From NCBI GenBank assembly GCA_902617415.1, contig CACMWQ010000002.1, positions 98,884-162,883 of the forward strand: DNA of 64,000 nucleotides, in the 5' to 3' direction. Source of the DNA: an uncultured Pelagibacteraceae bacterium (GTDB taxonomy: Bacteria > Pseudomonadota > Alphaproteobacteria > Pelagibacterales > Pelagibacteraceae). The translations under genes were made by a program, and so were the position numbers. Positions 37,458 to 46,339 of the stretch are shown in pieces. Below the pieces are notes generated by a model that was not told where the DNA came from, did not search any database, and worked only from the letters and a program-made list of their open reading frames with translations. The first letter of the stretch is position 1, and every line of letters begins with the position of its first letter.

Positions 37458-37822
37458 TATTTTTTACCTCTAATCTTATTGACTGTAGATAAACCAAAGC
37501 TTCCTGAGTATACAATTAGAACAGCCCACCAAAATTCTTGTGGTGCATTCTTTAATATCTCAAAACCCTTCTCCATCCATGGCTGTGTATGTGGCCAAAA
37601 TATTGCTAAAAATATTAATGTAATTTTTATAGTTAATACTTCATCCTTAATAGAACCTTTAGAACTTCGTATTTGTTCTATACTTACATTAGCTTCTGCT
37701 TCTATCTCCTTTGCTCTAATGACTTTCTTCTTCTCAATAGAATGATTAATTGCTGATACTGTTTTGTCAGCGATAATCCTAGTGAGTGGATTTTTCATTA
37801 GAGGCAAAAGAAAGTTTAACAT
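37457..37822 (-). CDS. Membrane protein, possible holin (resembles the 3-TM GTA/phage holin layout)
   Basis: 121 aa. A charged N-terminal half is followed by the hydrophobic segments LTIKITLIFLAIFWP and FWWAVLIVYSGSFGL. Confidence 0.35.
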   Translation of the reverse strand: MLNFLLPLMKNPLTRIIADKTVSAINHSIEKKKVIRAKEIEAEANVSIEQIRSSKGSIKDEVLTIKITLIFLAIFWPHTQPWMEKGFEILKNAPQEFWWAVLIVYSGSFGLSTVNKIRGKK

Positions 37823-37971
37823 TATCTTTTTCTAGCTGTTTTAGCGGCTCGTCTAAAGTTAGCCGCAGTAGGAGCTCCTTTGCTCCCTGGCTTTCTCATT
37901 CTCTCTTTAGAGCCTGCTTTTATTCTTTTTCTCTTAGCATGAATATTAGCGTATAATCCTCTTTTAGCCAT
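37822..37971 (-). CDS. 49-aa highly basic micro-protein (MAKRGLYANIHAKRKRIKAGSKERMRKPGSKGAPTAANFRRAAKTARKR)
   Basis: Translated by hand. TAATG 1-nt overlaps occur at both ends. It is below the ORF-track size cut-off. Confidence 0.45.
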   Translation of the reverse strand: MAKRGLYANIHAKRKRIKAGSKERMRKPGSKGAPTAANFRRAAKTARKR

Positions 37972-38081
37972 TATTTCATACCTCTAGCTTTTTTGATTTT
38001 TCTCTTTAATGAAGCTGGCAAAGTCTTTTGCTTCTTCGTTAAAGGTTTTTTCTTTTTCATTTTTCCATAATGTGATGGCAT
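37971..38081 (-). CDS. 36-aa highly basic micro-protein (MPSHYGKMKKKKPLTKKQKTLPASLKRKIKKARGMK)
   Basis: Translated by hand. GGAAGGAG lies 5 nt upstream of ATG 38081. The stop overlaps the next ATG. Confidence 0.45.
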   Translation of the reverse strand: MPSHYGKMKKKKPLTKKQKTLPASLKRKIKKARGMK

Positions 38082-38112
38082 ATTTACTCCTTCCCACCTG
38101 AGTAGGTGTTAT

Positions 38113-38865
38113 TTAGATTGCGTTACTTAATTTAACTTTGTTCTCTACATCTTGTCTGAATGCACTATCAGTAGAGTATCTTGGGTCGTTGATGTCTCGT
38201 AACATTTCACCAACAGACCTGTATCCCACGTTGCTATCTGCATTATTTCCAGAGAATAAATTAGGCTCTGCATTATTAGATGAATACTTAGCCTGGACAC
38301 CAGCTATTGCTAACTGTGCCTGTTCTAAAGTACCTGTATCAATAGTGCTATTAAAAGCCTTTATTTCATCTGAAGATAAATTCTTTGAAGCCCAGTCTAA
38401 CATTTCAGCATACTGTTCTTTACCTCCAACAGTAGCCATGACTGAGTTTGCTCTCCTGTCTGCTAAAGCAGTTTGACCATCTATGTAAGCGTCTACTACT
38501 TCTCTGTTCAAGCCAAGCTTTTCTAATTCACCATAACTTGTATCAGTAAGTTTTCCTTCTTTAGCATACTCATCATAAAATTTATCTAACTGACCTGGTT
38601 TATTTTCAGGTTCTTTTGGTTCCTGAATTTTCATATCAGTTACTTCTTCTTTTACTTCTGCTTTTTGTGATAATTTATTTTCTAGTGCTCCATAAGCTTT
38701 TGCTAATTCTTCTGCATTAGAAAATTTATCTGGAAGCCATGAAGGTCTTTCTTCATTAGAAGTCTCCTGTGTCTGAGCTTCTGGTTTTTCTTCCTGTTGT
38801 TTTGCTTGTTCCTCAAGAGTTGGAGCATTCTCCTGCTCTTGGGTGATTTCTACTTTATCAACCAT
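38113..38865 (-). CDS. Scaffolding protein (T7 gp9-like)
   Basis: 250 aa, acidic and Gln/Glu-rich, located between the portal and capsid modules. Confidence 0.7.
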   Translation of the reverse strand: MVDKVEITQEQENAPTLEEQAKQQEEKPEAQTQETSNEERPSWLPDKFSNAEELAKAYGALENKLSQKAEVKEEVTDMKIQEPKEPENKPGQLDKFYDEYAKEGKLTDTSYGELEKLGLNREVVDAYIDGQTALADRRANSVMATVGGKEQYAEMLDWASKNLSSDEIKAFNSTIDTGTLEQAQLAIAGVQAKYSSNNAEPNLFSGNNADSNVGYRSVGEMLRDINDPRYSTDSAFRQDVENKVKLSNAI

Positions 38866-38880
38866 TTTGTATTACTCCTA

Positions 38881-40467
38881 TTATTGGTTATTGATTATTG
38901 TTTCTCCTAAAGTCTTAGGAGGTATGTTCCCTGCAATTTTCTCACCTGCGTTCAACAATGATTGTTGTTGAGCTTGTTGTTGCATCTGCTCTTGTTGTGC
39001 CTGAGCTTCTGCTTGTAGGTCTTCTTCAGTTCTGATTAGACCTTTAGTTTCAATACCATCTGCTGTAGCTAATCTTTTTATTGCTTCAGTTACATTGACG
39101 TATTGAGCTATACTTTCACCGCCTAACGTACCAGCGAGTGTCTGTAAAAATTGTATTAATTTATTTCTATCTGTAGTTCTTCCTAATGCTTCGATACCTG
39201 TAATAACTTTTGGAAATACAATACCTTTAGGAAGTTGTGGTAATTTTTTAGTTTTATTTAATAAAGCTAATTTTCTATTTACTAATGGTAACTGAAACTC
39301 TTGTGATAGAACTCCATAGATACCACCAAGACTATCTTGTAATTCTTGTGCAGTCATTCTTACTTCTTCTGCTGTAGTTCTTTCACTATCTCTAATTACT
39401 GATGCATTTAATAAAAATGCGTATGATAATCTTTGTTCGATTTTAGACATTGTTTCTTGTGCAACTCTAAAATCAGGAAACTTACCTACTTGTAATACTG
39501 ATACATCATTAGCTGAACCTTCAATGATTGCACCATTTTCGCTTTCTGCTAATGCTTTTGCTCTAGTAGTTCCATTAGGAGCTACCATAAATAATGTCTT
39601 AGCTGATGCAGAAGAACCTTCTACAATAGCTTTTGTTAAACCTTCTAAACTAATTAAATCACCTAGATATTCTTCAACATAACTTCTTCCATAATTTTCT
39701 GCTGATATTCTAACCATTCTTAATGGTATGTATGGTGACTGGTCTAACTTATATTTACCAAAGCTTTCCTCAAGCTTGATACCTTTTACTTCTTGGTGAA
39801 CCATAAAGTGGTCTGGCTTTCTTTTTATACAAGTATATAAATCACAAACACTATCTTCTTTAGTTTCACCTTGTTGTGATAATACAGCTTCTCTGATGTA
39901 ATCAGGTAAAGCATTATAATGAATACTTTCTTTTGTAATTATTTCTAAGACATTACCCATTGGGTCTCTTTCAATTACAAACTGTGATAATGGGAAAACT
40001 CTTAATCCAGTTTTATCTACAAATAATAAAGCATTACCTGCAACAATAAGATGTTTTAATGCTTCAAATACTACTACTCTATCATTAGACATTTCTATGT
40101 CATCCATGACAGCTTTTTCTATTTGTACTAAACCACTATCTATTTCTGTTTTTAAATTCTGGTCTTCTTCTATTTCTTTAACTGCAAAGTTATCAATTGC
40201 TAATCTAAAAAATGGAGCATTGGGTGGTAACAGTGATAATAATAATTTAGATGCTAAGTTGTTTACACCTCTAGCTCCAATACCTTGATAGGTAGTTTCA
40301 AAATCTTCTGCACCTGTGTAACCATCTTGTGGTATGAGTGTAGGAATAGTTAATTCAGAACAAGAACGAGCCCTCTCTAAATAGAGTTCACGTTCCATTG
40401 CTTTGTTATTATATCTACTCTCTAATGACTGTTCTGAGTTCATCCCAGTGTCATTATAAGTTGCCAT
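38881..40467 (-). CDS. Portal (head-tail connector, T7 gp8-like)
   Basis: 528 aa. Size and position upstream of the scaffold and capsid genes. The C-terminus has a Gln-rich tail. Confidence 0.8.
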   Translation of the reverse strand: MATYNDTGMNSEQSLESRYNNKAMERELYLERARSCSELTIPTLIPQDGYTGAEDFETTYQGIGARGVNNLASKLLLSLLPPNAPFFRLAIDNFAVKEIEEDQNLKTEIDSGLVQIEKAVMDDIEMSNDRVVVFEALKHLIVAGNALLFVDKTGLRVFPLSQFVIERDPMGNVLEIITKESIHYNALPDYIREAVLSQQGETKEDSVCDLYTCIKRKPDHFMVHQEVKGIKLEESFGKYKLDQSPYIPLRMVRISAENYGRSYVEEYLGDLISLEGLTKAIVEGSSASAKTLFMVAPNGTTRAKALAESENGAIIEGSANDVSVLQVGKFPDFRVAQETMSKIEQRLSYAFLLNASVIRDSERTTAEEVRMTAQELQDSLGGIYGVLSQEFQLPLVNRKLALLNKTKKLPQLPKGIVFPKVITGIEALGRTTDRNKLIQFLQTLAGTLGGESIAQYVNVTEAIKRLATADGIETKGLIRTEEDLQAEAQAQQEQMQQQAQQQSLLNAGEKIAGNIPPKTLGETIINNQ

Positions 40468-40470
40468 TTA

Positions 40471-40680
40471 TTATAGACCGCCAATAATAGGTATTCTTAA
40501 ATTTGAACTACCAGTTCTTCTTCTGTCAAATCCAGAAGCAGTTGTACTTCTACCACCGCTTTCAGAATATCCAGCAGGTCTTGCACTTCCCTGAGTTGTT
40601 TGTGTTACAGGTGGCGGAGCCATTGGAGCTGGGTCTGGCATTGGTGGCGGAGCTGGCGGCTTAGGTGTAGGTATACACAT
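40471..40680 (-). CDS. Small Pro-rich protein (69 aa)
   Basis: PKPPAPPPMPDPAPMAPPP tract. Located in the pre-portal position where T7 has small virion proteins. Confidence 0.45.
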   Translation of the reverse strand: MCIPTPKPPAPPPMPDPAPMAPPPVTQTTQGSARPAGYSESGGRSTTASGFDRRRTGSSNLRIPIIGGL

Positions 40681-40880
40681 TACGTTTTATCCTCCATGAT
40701 ATTATTATCTTGTTCTTTCTTTTGTTGGTGCAGGAAGCGAACAACACTTCTCTGGCCAATACGAAAATATATTTCCTTCATATCCATGTTTACTTCTGGA
40801 GTTTTTTCAGGAAATAATTTGTCTAAATCTGCTAGTAACTCTTTAGTTAAACCAGCAACTTTCATTGATTTTTCGTTCAT
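40680..40880 (-). CDS. Hypothetical protein (66 aa)
   Basis: First ORF downstream of a GGACACTTTAGAT motif. Confidence 0.45.
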   Translation of the reverse strand: MNEKSMKVAGLTKELLADLDKLFPEKTPEVNMDMKEIYFRIGQRSVVRFLHQQKKEQDNNIMEDKT

Positions 40881-40882
40881 AT

Positions 40883-40895
40883 ATCTAAAGTGTCC
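40883..40895 (-). promoter_or_regulatory. Candidate phage-RNAP promoter GGACACTTTAGAT (position analogous to T7 phi6.5)
   Basis: The minus strand reads ACAAAAGGACACTTTAGATATATG. The motif ends 2 nt before the ATG at 40880. Confidence 0.5.
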
Positions 40896-40905
40896 TTTTG
40901 TTATG

Positions 40906-41130
40906 TTATGAATAGTCTCTTTCTAAAATCATATTCAGATAGTGAATTGCTTTTTTAATATCTTGTTCTTTACCTTTGTATGGATGCCTACAAATGTACT
41001 TAATTGCGTTACCTTCAGCGAATGGTAGTTTGTTTTCATTAATAAAATATGCAGGCTGTACCTTCATCTTTTTATAATGGTCTCCACCTTCTTGGTATTT
41101 AAGTACATCAAACATTTCTTTGTTAGGCAT
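40906..41130 (-). CDS. DUF3310-like phage protein
   Basis: 74 aa. The pattern QEGGDHYKK...IQPAYFI...FAEGNAIKYICRHPYKG...DIKKAIHYL fits that family as I recall it. Confidence 0.6.
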   Translation of the reverse strand: MPNKEMFDVLKYQEGGDHYKKMKVQPAYFINENKLPFAEGNAIKYICRHPYKGKEQDIKKAIHYLNMILERDYS

Positions 41131-41893
41131 TAGGCCTCCATAGTATTGGTTTATTTTTCTTACTATCCCAGTCTGATGCTCTTAATATTCTAGCTAATCT
41201 AGCTTGAGTTAATGCATAGCTTTCACTAAGTTCTTGTCTTTTGTACTCTGCAACAACAGCTTCCCACATTTCAGGTAAGTCTTTTTTATTTGCTAATACT
41301 CTTGATGCTTTGACACCACCAACTCCTGGACATCCTCCAAATCCATCAGTCATGTCACCAGTTAGTGTTTGATACATCCAGTTATAATCTGCTGACTTCT
41401 CATCAACTATTTCTGTACTCTCATCATGTATGAAATGATGTATGCCTGGTATAGTTCTTAAATCTTTATCACCTGATAATATTACTACTTTGTCTTTATT
41501 AAGTGATTGCGTTGCAAATATTCCACAAGCATCATCACCTTCACATGCAGGAAAAGAAATACTTTCATAATTATCAAACATATATTCCTTAAGAGGTTTT
41601 ACTATTATTGGTTTTCTAATCTTTTTTCTGTGTGACTTGTAATGTGAATATAACTTAATTCTAAAATTATCTTTATGGTCTTGTGCTACTATAATTTTAT
41701 CACAGTTTAATTTATCTTGGTAATTTCTTAGAGTTGTATCTAATACTTTTTTACCTAATTTTAAATCAGCATGTAATGTCCACATATCATCTTCCCATTG
41801 TGTGGCTTCTTCTAATGCTGATGCAATTCTATAAACTAATATAGAACCATCTACTACTAAGGTTCTTTTCTTAGCGTTTATCTTTGGTAACAT
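41123..41893 (-). CDS. 5'-3' exonuclease / flap endonuclease (T7 gp6-like)
   Basis: 256 aa with LVVDGSILVYR, SGDKDL and LTGDMTDGFGGCPGVGGVKA (H3TH) blocks. Confidence 0.85.
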   Translation of the reverse strand: MLPKINAKKRTLVVDGSILVYRIASALEEATQWEDDMWTLHADLKLGKKVLDTTLRNYQDKLNCDKIIVAQDHKDNFRIKLYSHYKSHRKKIRKPIIVKPLKEYMFDNYESISFPACEGDDACGIFATQSLNKDKVVILSGDKDLRTIPGIHHFIHDESTEIVDEKSADYNWMYQTLTGDMTDGFGGCPGVGGVKASRVLANKKDLPEMWEAVVAEYKRQELSESYALTQARLARILRASDWDSKKNKPILWRPNA

Positions 41894-41894
41894 T

Positions 41895-42188
41895 TTATAT
41901 CCTAATCTTCGTTAGTTTGATTATGTTTATTGATGGTATTGTTGTAGTGTTTCCACAATCACCTATAGTTCCATCATCATTAAAATTCACATCACTAACG
42001 AATGTATGTGAATTGTTGTTTGTAGAAACAAGCCAACCTGTAGAAATACAGATTGATGGCTTATAATTTTTTATTGTCTTAATACTCTCCCAACTGCATG
42101 TAGAGTTAGTGTCATACCAATGAGCTAAATAAAATTTGTATGGCCAGTCTTTTTTATTTAGTTGCGGTAGTTTTATTTTTGATTTCAA
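41895..42188 (-). CDS. Hypothetical protein (97 aa)
   Basis: ORF in the collinear array. Confidence 0.45.
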   Translation of the reverse strand: MKSKIKLPQLNKKDWPYKFYLAHWYDTNSTCSWESIKTIKNYKPSICISTGWLVSTNNNSHTFVSDVNFNDDGTIGDCGNTTTIPSINIIKLTKIRI

Positions 42189-42594
42189 TTTCTCTCCATA
42201 AGTTTACAAAATCTGTCATTGGAATTAGGACACACCTTGACTGAAAGTTGTCTCCAAGCATTCTGATAATTGTTGATTTTCTTTTTTTATTTTCTTTAAT
42301 AAATCTTCTAACTATTTGTTTAAGAACTTTGACTTCTGTTATCCATTGACCAATACAAACATCCTGGTTGAACATAAATCTATGTATCCAGTACTTTGCT
42401 TTTGTTGCTCTTAAACCTGATGGTCTTCCTTTATATGCTAGCTCAATACAAAGGTTTCCTGACTTTTGCCAAAAACCAAATTCTGATTTAACTTCAAATT
42501 TATCTGCATCTAATCCTAGTATTTTGCTTATAGACTTTTCGGAATGTACTCCTCTAGCCAAATCAAAATCGAAATCTTTTGTATTGTTAATCAT
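42154..42594 (-). CDS. Hypothetical protein (146 aa from MINNTKDF; track ORF extends to 42654 into the tRNA)
   Basis: The first 20 codons of the track ORF are read through the antisense strand of the tRNA-Leu gene, so I trimmed to the Met at 42594. Confidence 0.45.
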   Translation of the reverse strand: MINNTKDFDFDLARGVHSEKSISKILGLDADKFEVKSEFGFWQKSGNLCIELAYKGRPSGLRATKAKYWIHRFMFNQDVCIGQWITEVKVLKQIVRRFIKENKKRKSTIIRMLGDNFQSRCVLIPMTDFVNLWREIEIKNKTTATK

Positions 42595-42626
42595 TGATTT
42601 GTGTATTAGAAACCTACTGTTGGTGA

Positions 42627-42712
42627 GCCCTTGTGGTGAAATCGGTAGACACATTGGACTTAAAATCCAAGCCCTTTTGGGAGTGCCAGTTCGAGTCTGG
42701 CCAAGGGCACCA
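42627..42712 (+). tRNA. Phage-encoded tRNA-Leu (anticodon TAA), complete, opposite strand to all phage CDS
   Basis: GCCCTTGTGGTGAAATCGGTAGACACATTGGACTTAAAATCCAAGCCCTTTTGGGAGTGCCAGTTCGAGTCTGGCCAAGGGCACCA. It is 86 nt, the same length as host copy A. It differs at 8 positions; 6 form 3 compensatory base-pair swaps, one converts a G-U pair to A-U, and one lies in the D-loop. Confidence 0.9.
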
Positions 42713-42716
42713 ACGC

Positions 42717-44483
42717 TTAGTGAGTGTCAGCCCAGGTCTTTCCTATTTTATATTCTGCATCTAAAGGACATCTAAAATTAAAATAAGCACCTGCATCTTT
42801 TATTGATTGAACTGCAATCTTACCTACCTCATCAGCATAATCAGATTTACACTGAAGCTGTAACTCATCATGCACATGAGCAACCATAGAACAGATATTT
42901 TTATCATAATTTTTTTCCTTAAGTTTGTTATGTAGAATTACAGTAGCCATCTTTATAATAAGTGCTCCACTACTTTGTATTAATAAATTTAAACTTGAAT
43001 GTTCAGACCTTGGTATTAATTTTCTTTTGTCTAAACCTAATAAATATTTTTGATTTTTTGCTTTTACTAAAACATTATCTCTTAATAATTTTAGTGCTGG
43101 TATTGTTTCAAATAATTTTGTTTTTATTCTTCTCCCCTCGTAGGAGGTTTTATCAACAATTGCACCAAGCCTTGTATCTCCGATACCATAGATGACACCA
43201 TAAATGACCCTCTTTGCCAAATCTCTCGTTGGTAAACCAATCTGTTTCTGATTTTTGGAATGAACATCACCATCAAGAAGTTCCCTCGCAAAATTACCTT
43301 TATCGAATGCACCGAGATAATGAGCAAGACAACGAAGTTCAAGACCACTAGCGTCACAGCCAATAAGAACAAAACCATCAGGAACAGTAAAAAGAGAACG
43401 ACATTCTTTACCATAAGGAACACCAACACTGGGAGTTTGTGCAACATTTGGTCTTTGGTGAGTACACCTTCCAGTGTTTGCACCATTCGTGATAACGCTT
43501 CCATAAATTTTTCCATCTTGTTGTAATTTTAACCAGGCATTATTTCCTTCTGCTAACATGCCTATTCTTTTAGCTATTAAAAAATGTTCTGATAATAATT
43601 TTGCTTCAGGATATTCTAATGTAGATAATATACTTTCATCTACTTTAGGTTTACCATCAGGAGTAAAGTCTTTTGGTTTCCATCCTTTGTTCATCAACCT
43701 ATTACTAATGTGGTCTCTTGAGTTAGGATTGAATTGTACTTCTTTATATTTTTTTACAGGTACACCTTTTTTATAACCTTTACTTTTATTATCTCTCTTA
43801 GGAATAAATGTACCTACATATTGTTTCCAATTTGGGAAGGTCGAAACTAGAGATTTCTCTAGCTCCAACCTTCTGTTTGCAAGTGAGGCATACAGCTTCT
43901 TTGCAGAAGCCACATCAAATGTAAACCCATGTGCTTCTTGCAGATATATACATCTGGCAAAGTCGTGCTCTAGCTTTATTGCATCTGGAGAATAATTTTG
44001 TTTTTGTATTAATTTGTAGAACTCGTGTGTAACTTCTACATCTTGTTCACAATACTTTTGCATTTCAGGAGACCATTGTGAGAAGTCACCTGTCTTTATA
44101 AAATCACCTTTTCTTAATCCTAATCTATAACCCCAGGCTTCAAGTGAATGTCTTCCTGCGAGCTGTAGCGGCAAGTCTTTACGTTGGTAATCTAATTCTT
44201 TTCTATTAGTCCATATCAGTCTGCTTACTAATAGCGTATCAAATACTTCAGCTTTAATATCATATTGTCTTGGAAACAATTTTTCTAAAACTGGTAAATC
44301 AAATTTTAAAATATTATGGCCAACTAATAAGCTAGCACCATTTAACAACATAAGACCTCTACCTATTTTATCTCCATGATAAGAATAGACCTGATTAGTC
44401 TCTATGTTTTTGATTACAATTGAATGAACTACAGTAGCATCTGATAAGAAACCATTAGTTTCTATATCAAATACAAGTTTCAT
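42717..44483 (-). CDS. Family A DNA polymerase with 3'-5' exonuclease (T7 gp5-like)
   Basis: 588 aa. Exo I is VFDIETNG and Exo II is HNILKFDLPVL. Pol motif A is DASGLELRCLAHY, motif B is RDLAKRVIYGVIYG and motif C is HVHDELQ. Confidence 0.93.
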   Translation of the reverse strand: MKLVFDIETNGFLSDATVVHSIVIKNIETNQVYSYHGDKIGRGLMLLNGASLLVGHNILKFDLPVLEKLFPRQYDIKAEVFDTLLVSRLIWTNRKELDYQRKDLPLQLAGRHSLEAWGYRLGLRKGDFIKTGDFSQWSPEMQKYCEQDVEVTHEFYKLIQKQNYSPDAIKLEHDFARCIYLQEAHGFTFDVASAKKLYASLANRRLELEKSLVSTFPNWKQYVGTFIPKRDNKSKGYKKGVPVKKYKEVQFNPNSRDHISNRLMNKGWKPKDFTPDGKPKVDESILSTLEYPEAKLLSEHFLIAKRIGMLAEGNNAWLKLQQDGKIYGSVITNGANTGRCTHQRPNVAQTPSVGVPYGKECRSLFTVPDGFVLIGCDASGLELRCLAHYLGAFDKGNFARELLDGDVHSKNQKQIGLPTRDLAKRVIYGVIYGIGDTRLGAIVDKTSYEGRRIKTKLFETIPALKLLRDNVLVKAKNQKYLLGLDKRKLIPRSEHSSLNLLIQSSGALIIKMATVILHNKLKEKNYDKNICSMVAHVHDELQLQCKSDYADEVGKIAVQSIKDAGAYFNFRCPLDAEYKIGKTWADTH

Positions 44484-44484
44484 A

Positions 44485-44760
44485 TTAATGCATTACAATT
44501 ATTTTTATGTTTAAGATTGTTGGTATTACAGGAGCTACTGCTAACAGTGCTTCCTCAATAATATCTTTTGCTCTTTTACTATGAACAAAAAGAATAGGAT
44601 TTACATTTGGATACTTAATAACCAAGTGTAATAAATTTAATAATTTTTTTAGTGATGAATAAATAAATATTTTATCGTCATCCTGTAAGTGCTCAAAGTC
44701 CTGGCACTCCTCCAGGTACTCACGAAGTACAGCGTCTAATCTTTTATCACTCTTGGTCAT
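44485..44760 (-). CDS. Hypothetical protein (about 91 aa from MTKSDKRL; track ORF extends to 44823)
   Basis: ORF between the helicase and the DNA polymerase. I trimmed the start to reduce overlap with the helicase. Confidence 0.4.
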   Translation of the reverse strand: MTKSDKRLDAVLREYLEECQDFEHLQDDDKIFIYSSLKKLLNLLHLVIKYPNVNPILFVHSKRAKDIIEEALLAVAPVIPTILNIKIIVMH

Positions 44761-46339
44761 CTGAAAAATCACCTTCAGACAATCTCCCAGTTTCCCTGTT
44801 GTAGTGAAGCGAGCAAGCGACACCTGTATCTCCTGTGTATCTATTTTTTAGAACTCTTATTGTTAGTATATCTTTTGTTTCTTCATCCTGTTGTGACCTC
44901 TCTAAGCCGCAACAAATATCAGTAAGCTGTGCAAGTCCATGACTTCCCCTAAGATGACTTAGTGAAGTTATAGCTCCTTCTTCATGTCCAGTTTTATCTG
45001 GCAATCGTCTAAGATGGCATACAAGTATTAAGCCAAAGTTTAATTCTTCAACTAAACTTCTTAACTTAGTCATTGTATAATCTATCAATTTTCTTTCGTC
45101 TCCTTCAATTCCAGAGACAACCATATTGATATGGTCTAATACTACATAATCACAATCACATCCTCTAACTAAAAATCTAATCTTTGACATTAGGTTTTCA
45201 CTATCAGTAGAACCAAAGTGTTTATGAAAATATGTTTTACCTTGGATTTTATTCCAAGAACTTTTTAAAGTTTCTTCATCAAATTGTTTTCTTATATCTT
45301 CTTCGTGTATCTTAGAGTTTAAATCTATACTCATCAAACCTCTAACACTTCTAGCTACACTTTCTTCTAATGCTATGTAACCAACATTCTTACCTTTAGT
45401 AATTAAATCATAAGCAATCTCTCTACATACTTGTGACTTACCTGTACCTGAACCTGCTGTGAATAAAACTATTTCACCTTTACGAATACCTTTTGTTTTT
45501 TTATTTAATCCTTCCCAGATATATGGAGTACATTCTTTACTATCATCTTGAATAACTAAATCCCAAGTATCAGCTCCAGCGATAATACCTTCAGGAGTAT
45601 ATGGTTTTGCATTCCATATATAATGAATAATATCTTTACCTCTGTTGGACACCAACATATCGTTGGCATCCTTCATAGGTAACTTAGAGATAAGAGCTTT
45701 TTTTGGACTGAATAATTGTGCACATTCGATTGAAGCTTGATTACCAGCTTCATCATTATCGAACATAAGAACTACGTTTTGAAAACTTTCTAAATATTCT
45801 AATTCTTTTTTTATAAATTTTTTTGCTGACTTAGCACCTGATGGTACTGATACTACTGGCCACTTGTTACCTTGTACTTTAGAAACAGACATTGCATCTA
45901 TCTCACCTTCAGTAATAGTAATCATCTTTTGATTACCCTTCCATTTATGTTTACCAAATAAACCCACCTCATTCATGTCTCCTAACCAGATAAAATCTTT
46001 GTTAGGAAACCGAATGTGTTGGGCAACAAGGAGGTAGTTTGTATTGTAATATGGAGCTATCTGTACTGGTGAACCATTGTATTCACCAACCTGATAGTTA
46101 TAAAATTTGCAAGTATCAAAATCTATTTGTCGTTTTGATAACGCCTGCACTTGACCTTCTATCATATCTGATTTTTCTTTATTGTTATTAAATTCATTTA
46201 CTTCACCAACTGCTGGTTCTCTGTACTCACAACCAAAACAATATGCATGTCCATCAGAGTACCTGGCTAGGTTATCTCTTGAATTGCAACTTGGACAAGG
46301 TTCGTGTCTTACAAAATTACTCTGTGTATCCTTCATCAC
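44747..46339 (-). CDS. Bifunctional primase-helicase (T7 gp4-like)
   Basis: 530 aa. Zinc finger CPSCNS...CFGC, TOPRIM ITEGEIDAMS and DnaB-type Walker A GSGTGKS. Confidence 0.92.
   Translation of the reverse strand: MMKDTQSNFVRHEPCPSCNSRDNLARYSDGHAYCFGCEYREPAVGEVNEFNNNKEKSDMIEGQVQALSKRQIDFDTCKFYNYQVGEYNGSPVQIAPYYNTNYLLVAQHIRFPNKDFIWLGDMNEVGLFGKHKWKGNQKMITITEGEIDAMSVSKVQGNKWPVVSVPSGAKSAKKFIKKELEYLESFQNVVLMFDNDEAGNQASIECAQLFSPKKALISKLPMKDANDMLVSNRGKDIIHYIWNAKPYTPEGIIAGADTWDLVIQDDSKECTPYIWEGLNKKTKGIRKGEIVLFTAGSGTGKSQVCREIAYDLITKGKNVGYIALEESVARSVRGLMSIDLNSKIHEEDIRKQFDEETLKSSWNKIQGKTYFHKHFGSTDSENLMSKIRFLVRGCDCDYVVLDHINMVVSGIEGDERKLIDYTMTKLRSLVEELNFGLILVCHLRRLPDKTGHEEGAITSLSHLRGSHGLAQLTDICCGLERSQQDEETKDILTIRVLKNRYTGDTGVACSLHYNRETGRLSEGDFSDDQE

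Noticed and set aside
42368-42775. 135-aa plus-strand ORF spanning the phage tRNA-Leu
   Set aside because: It reads straight through the tRNA gene and the antisense of two phage CDS. The tRNA fold explains the region.
42962-43776. Several 70-130-aa ORFs on both strands inside the DNA polymerase gene (42962-43195, 43124-43516, 43260-43526, 43558-43776)
   Set aside because: They are alternative-frame or antisense ORFs within a CDS whose Exo and Pol motifs are all in one continuous frame.
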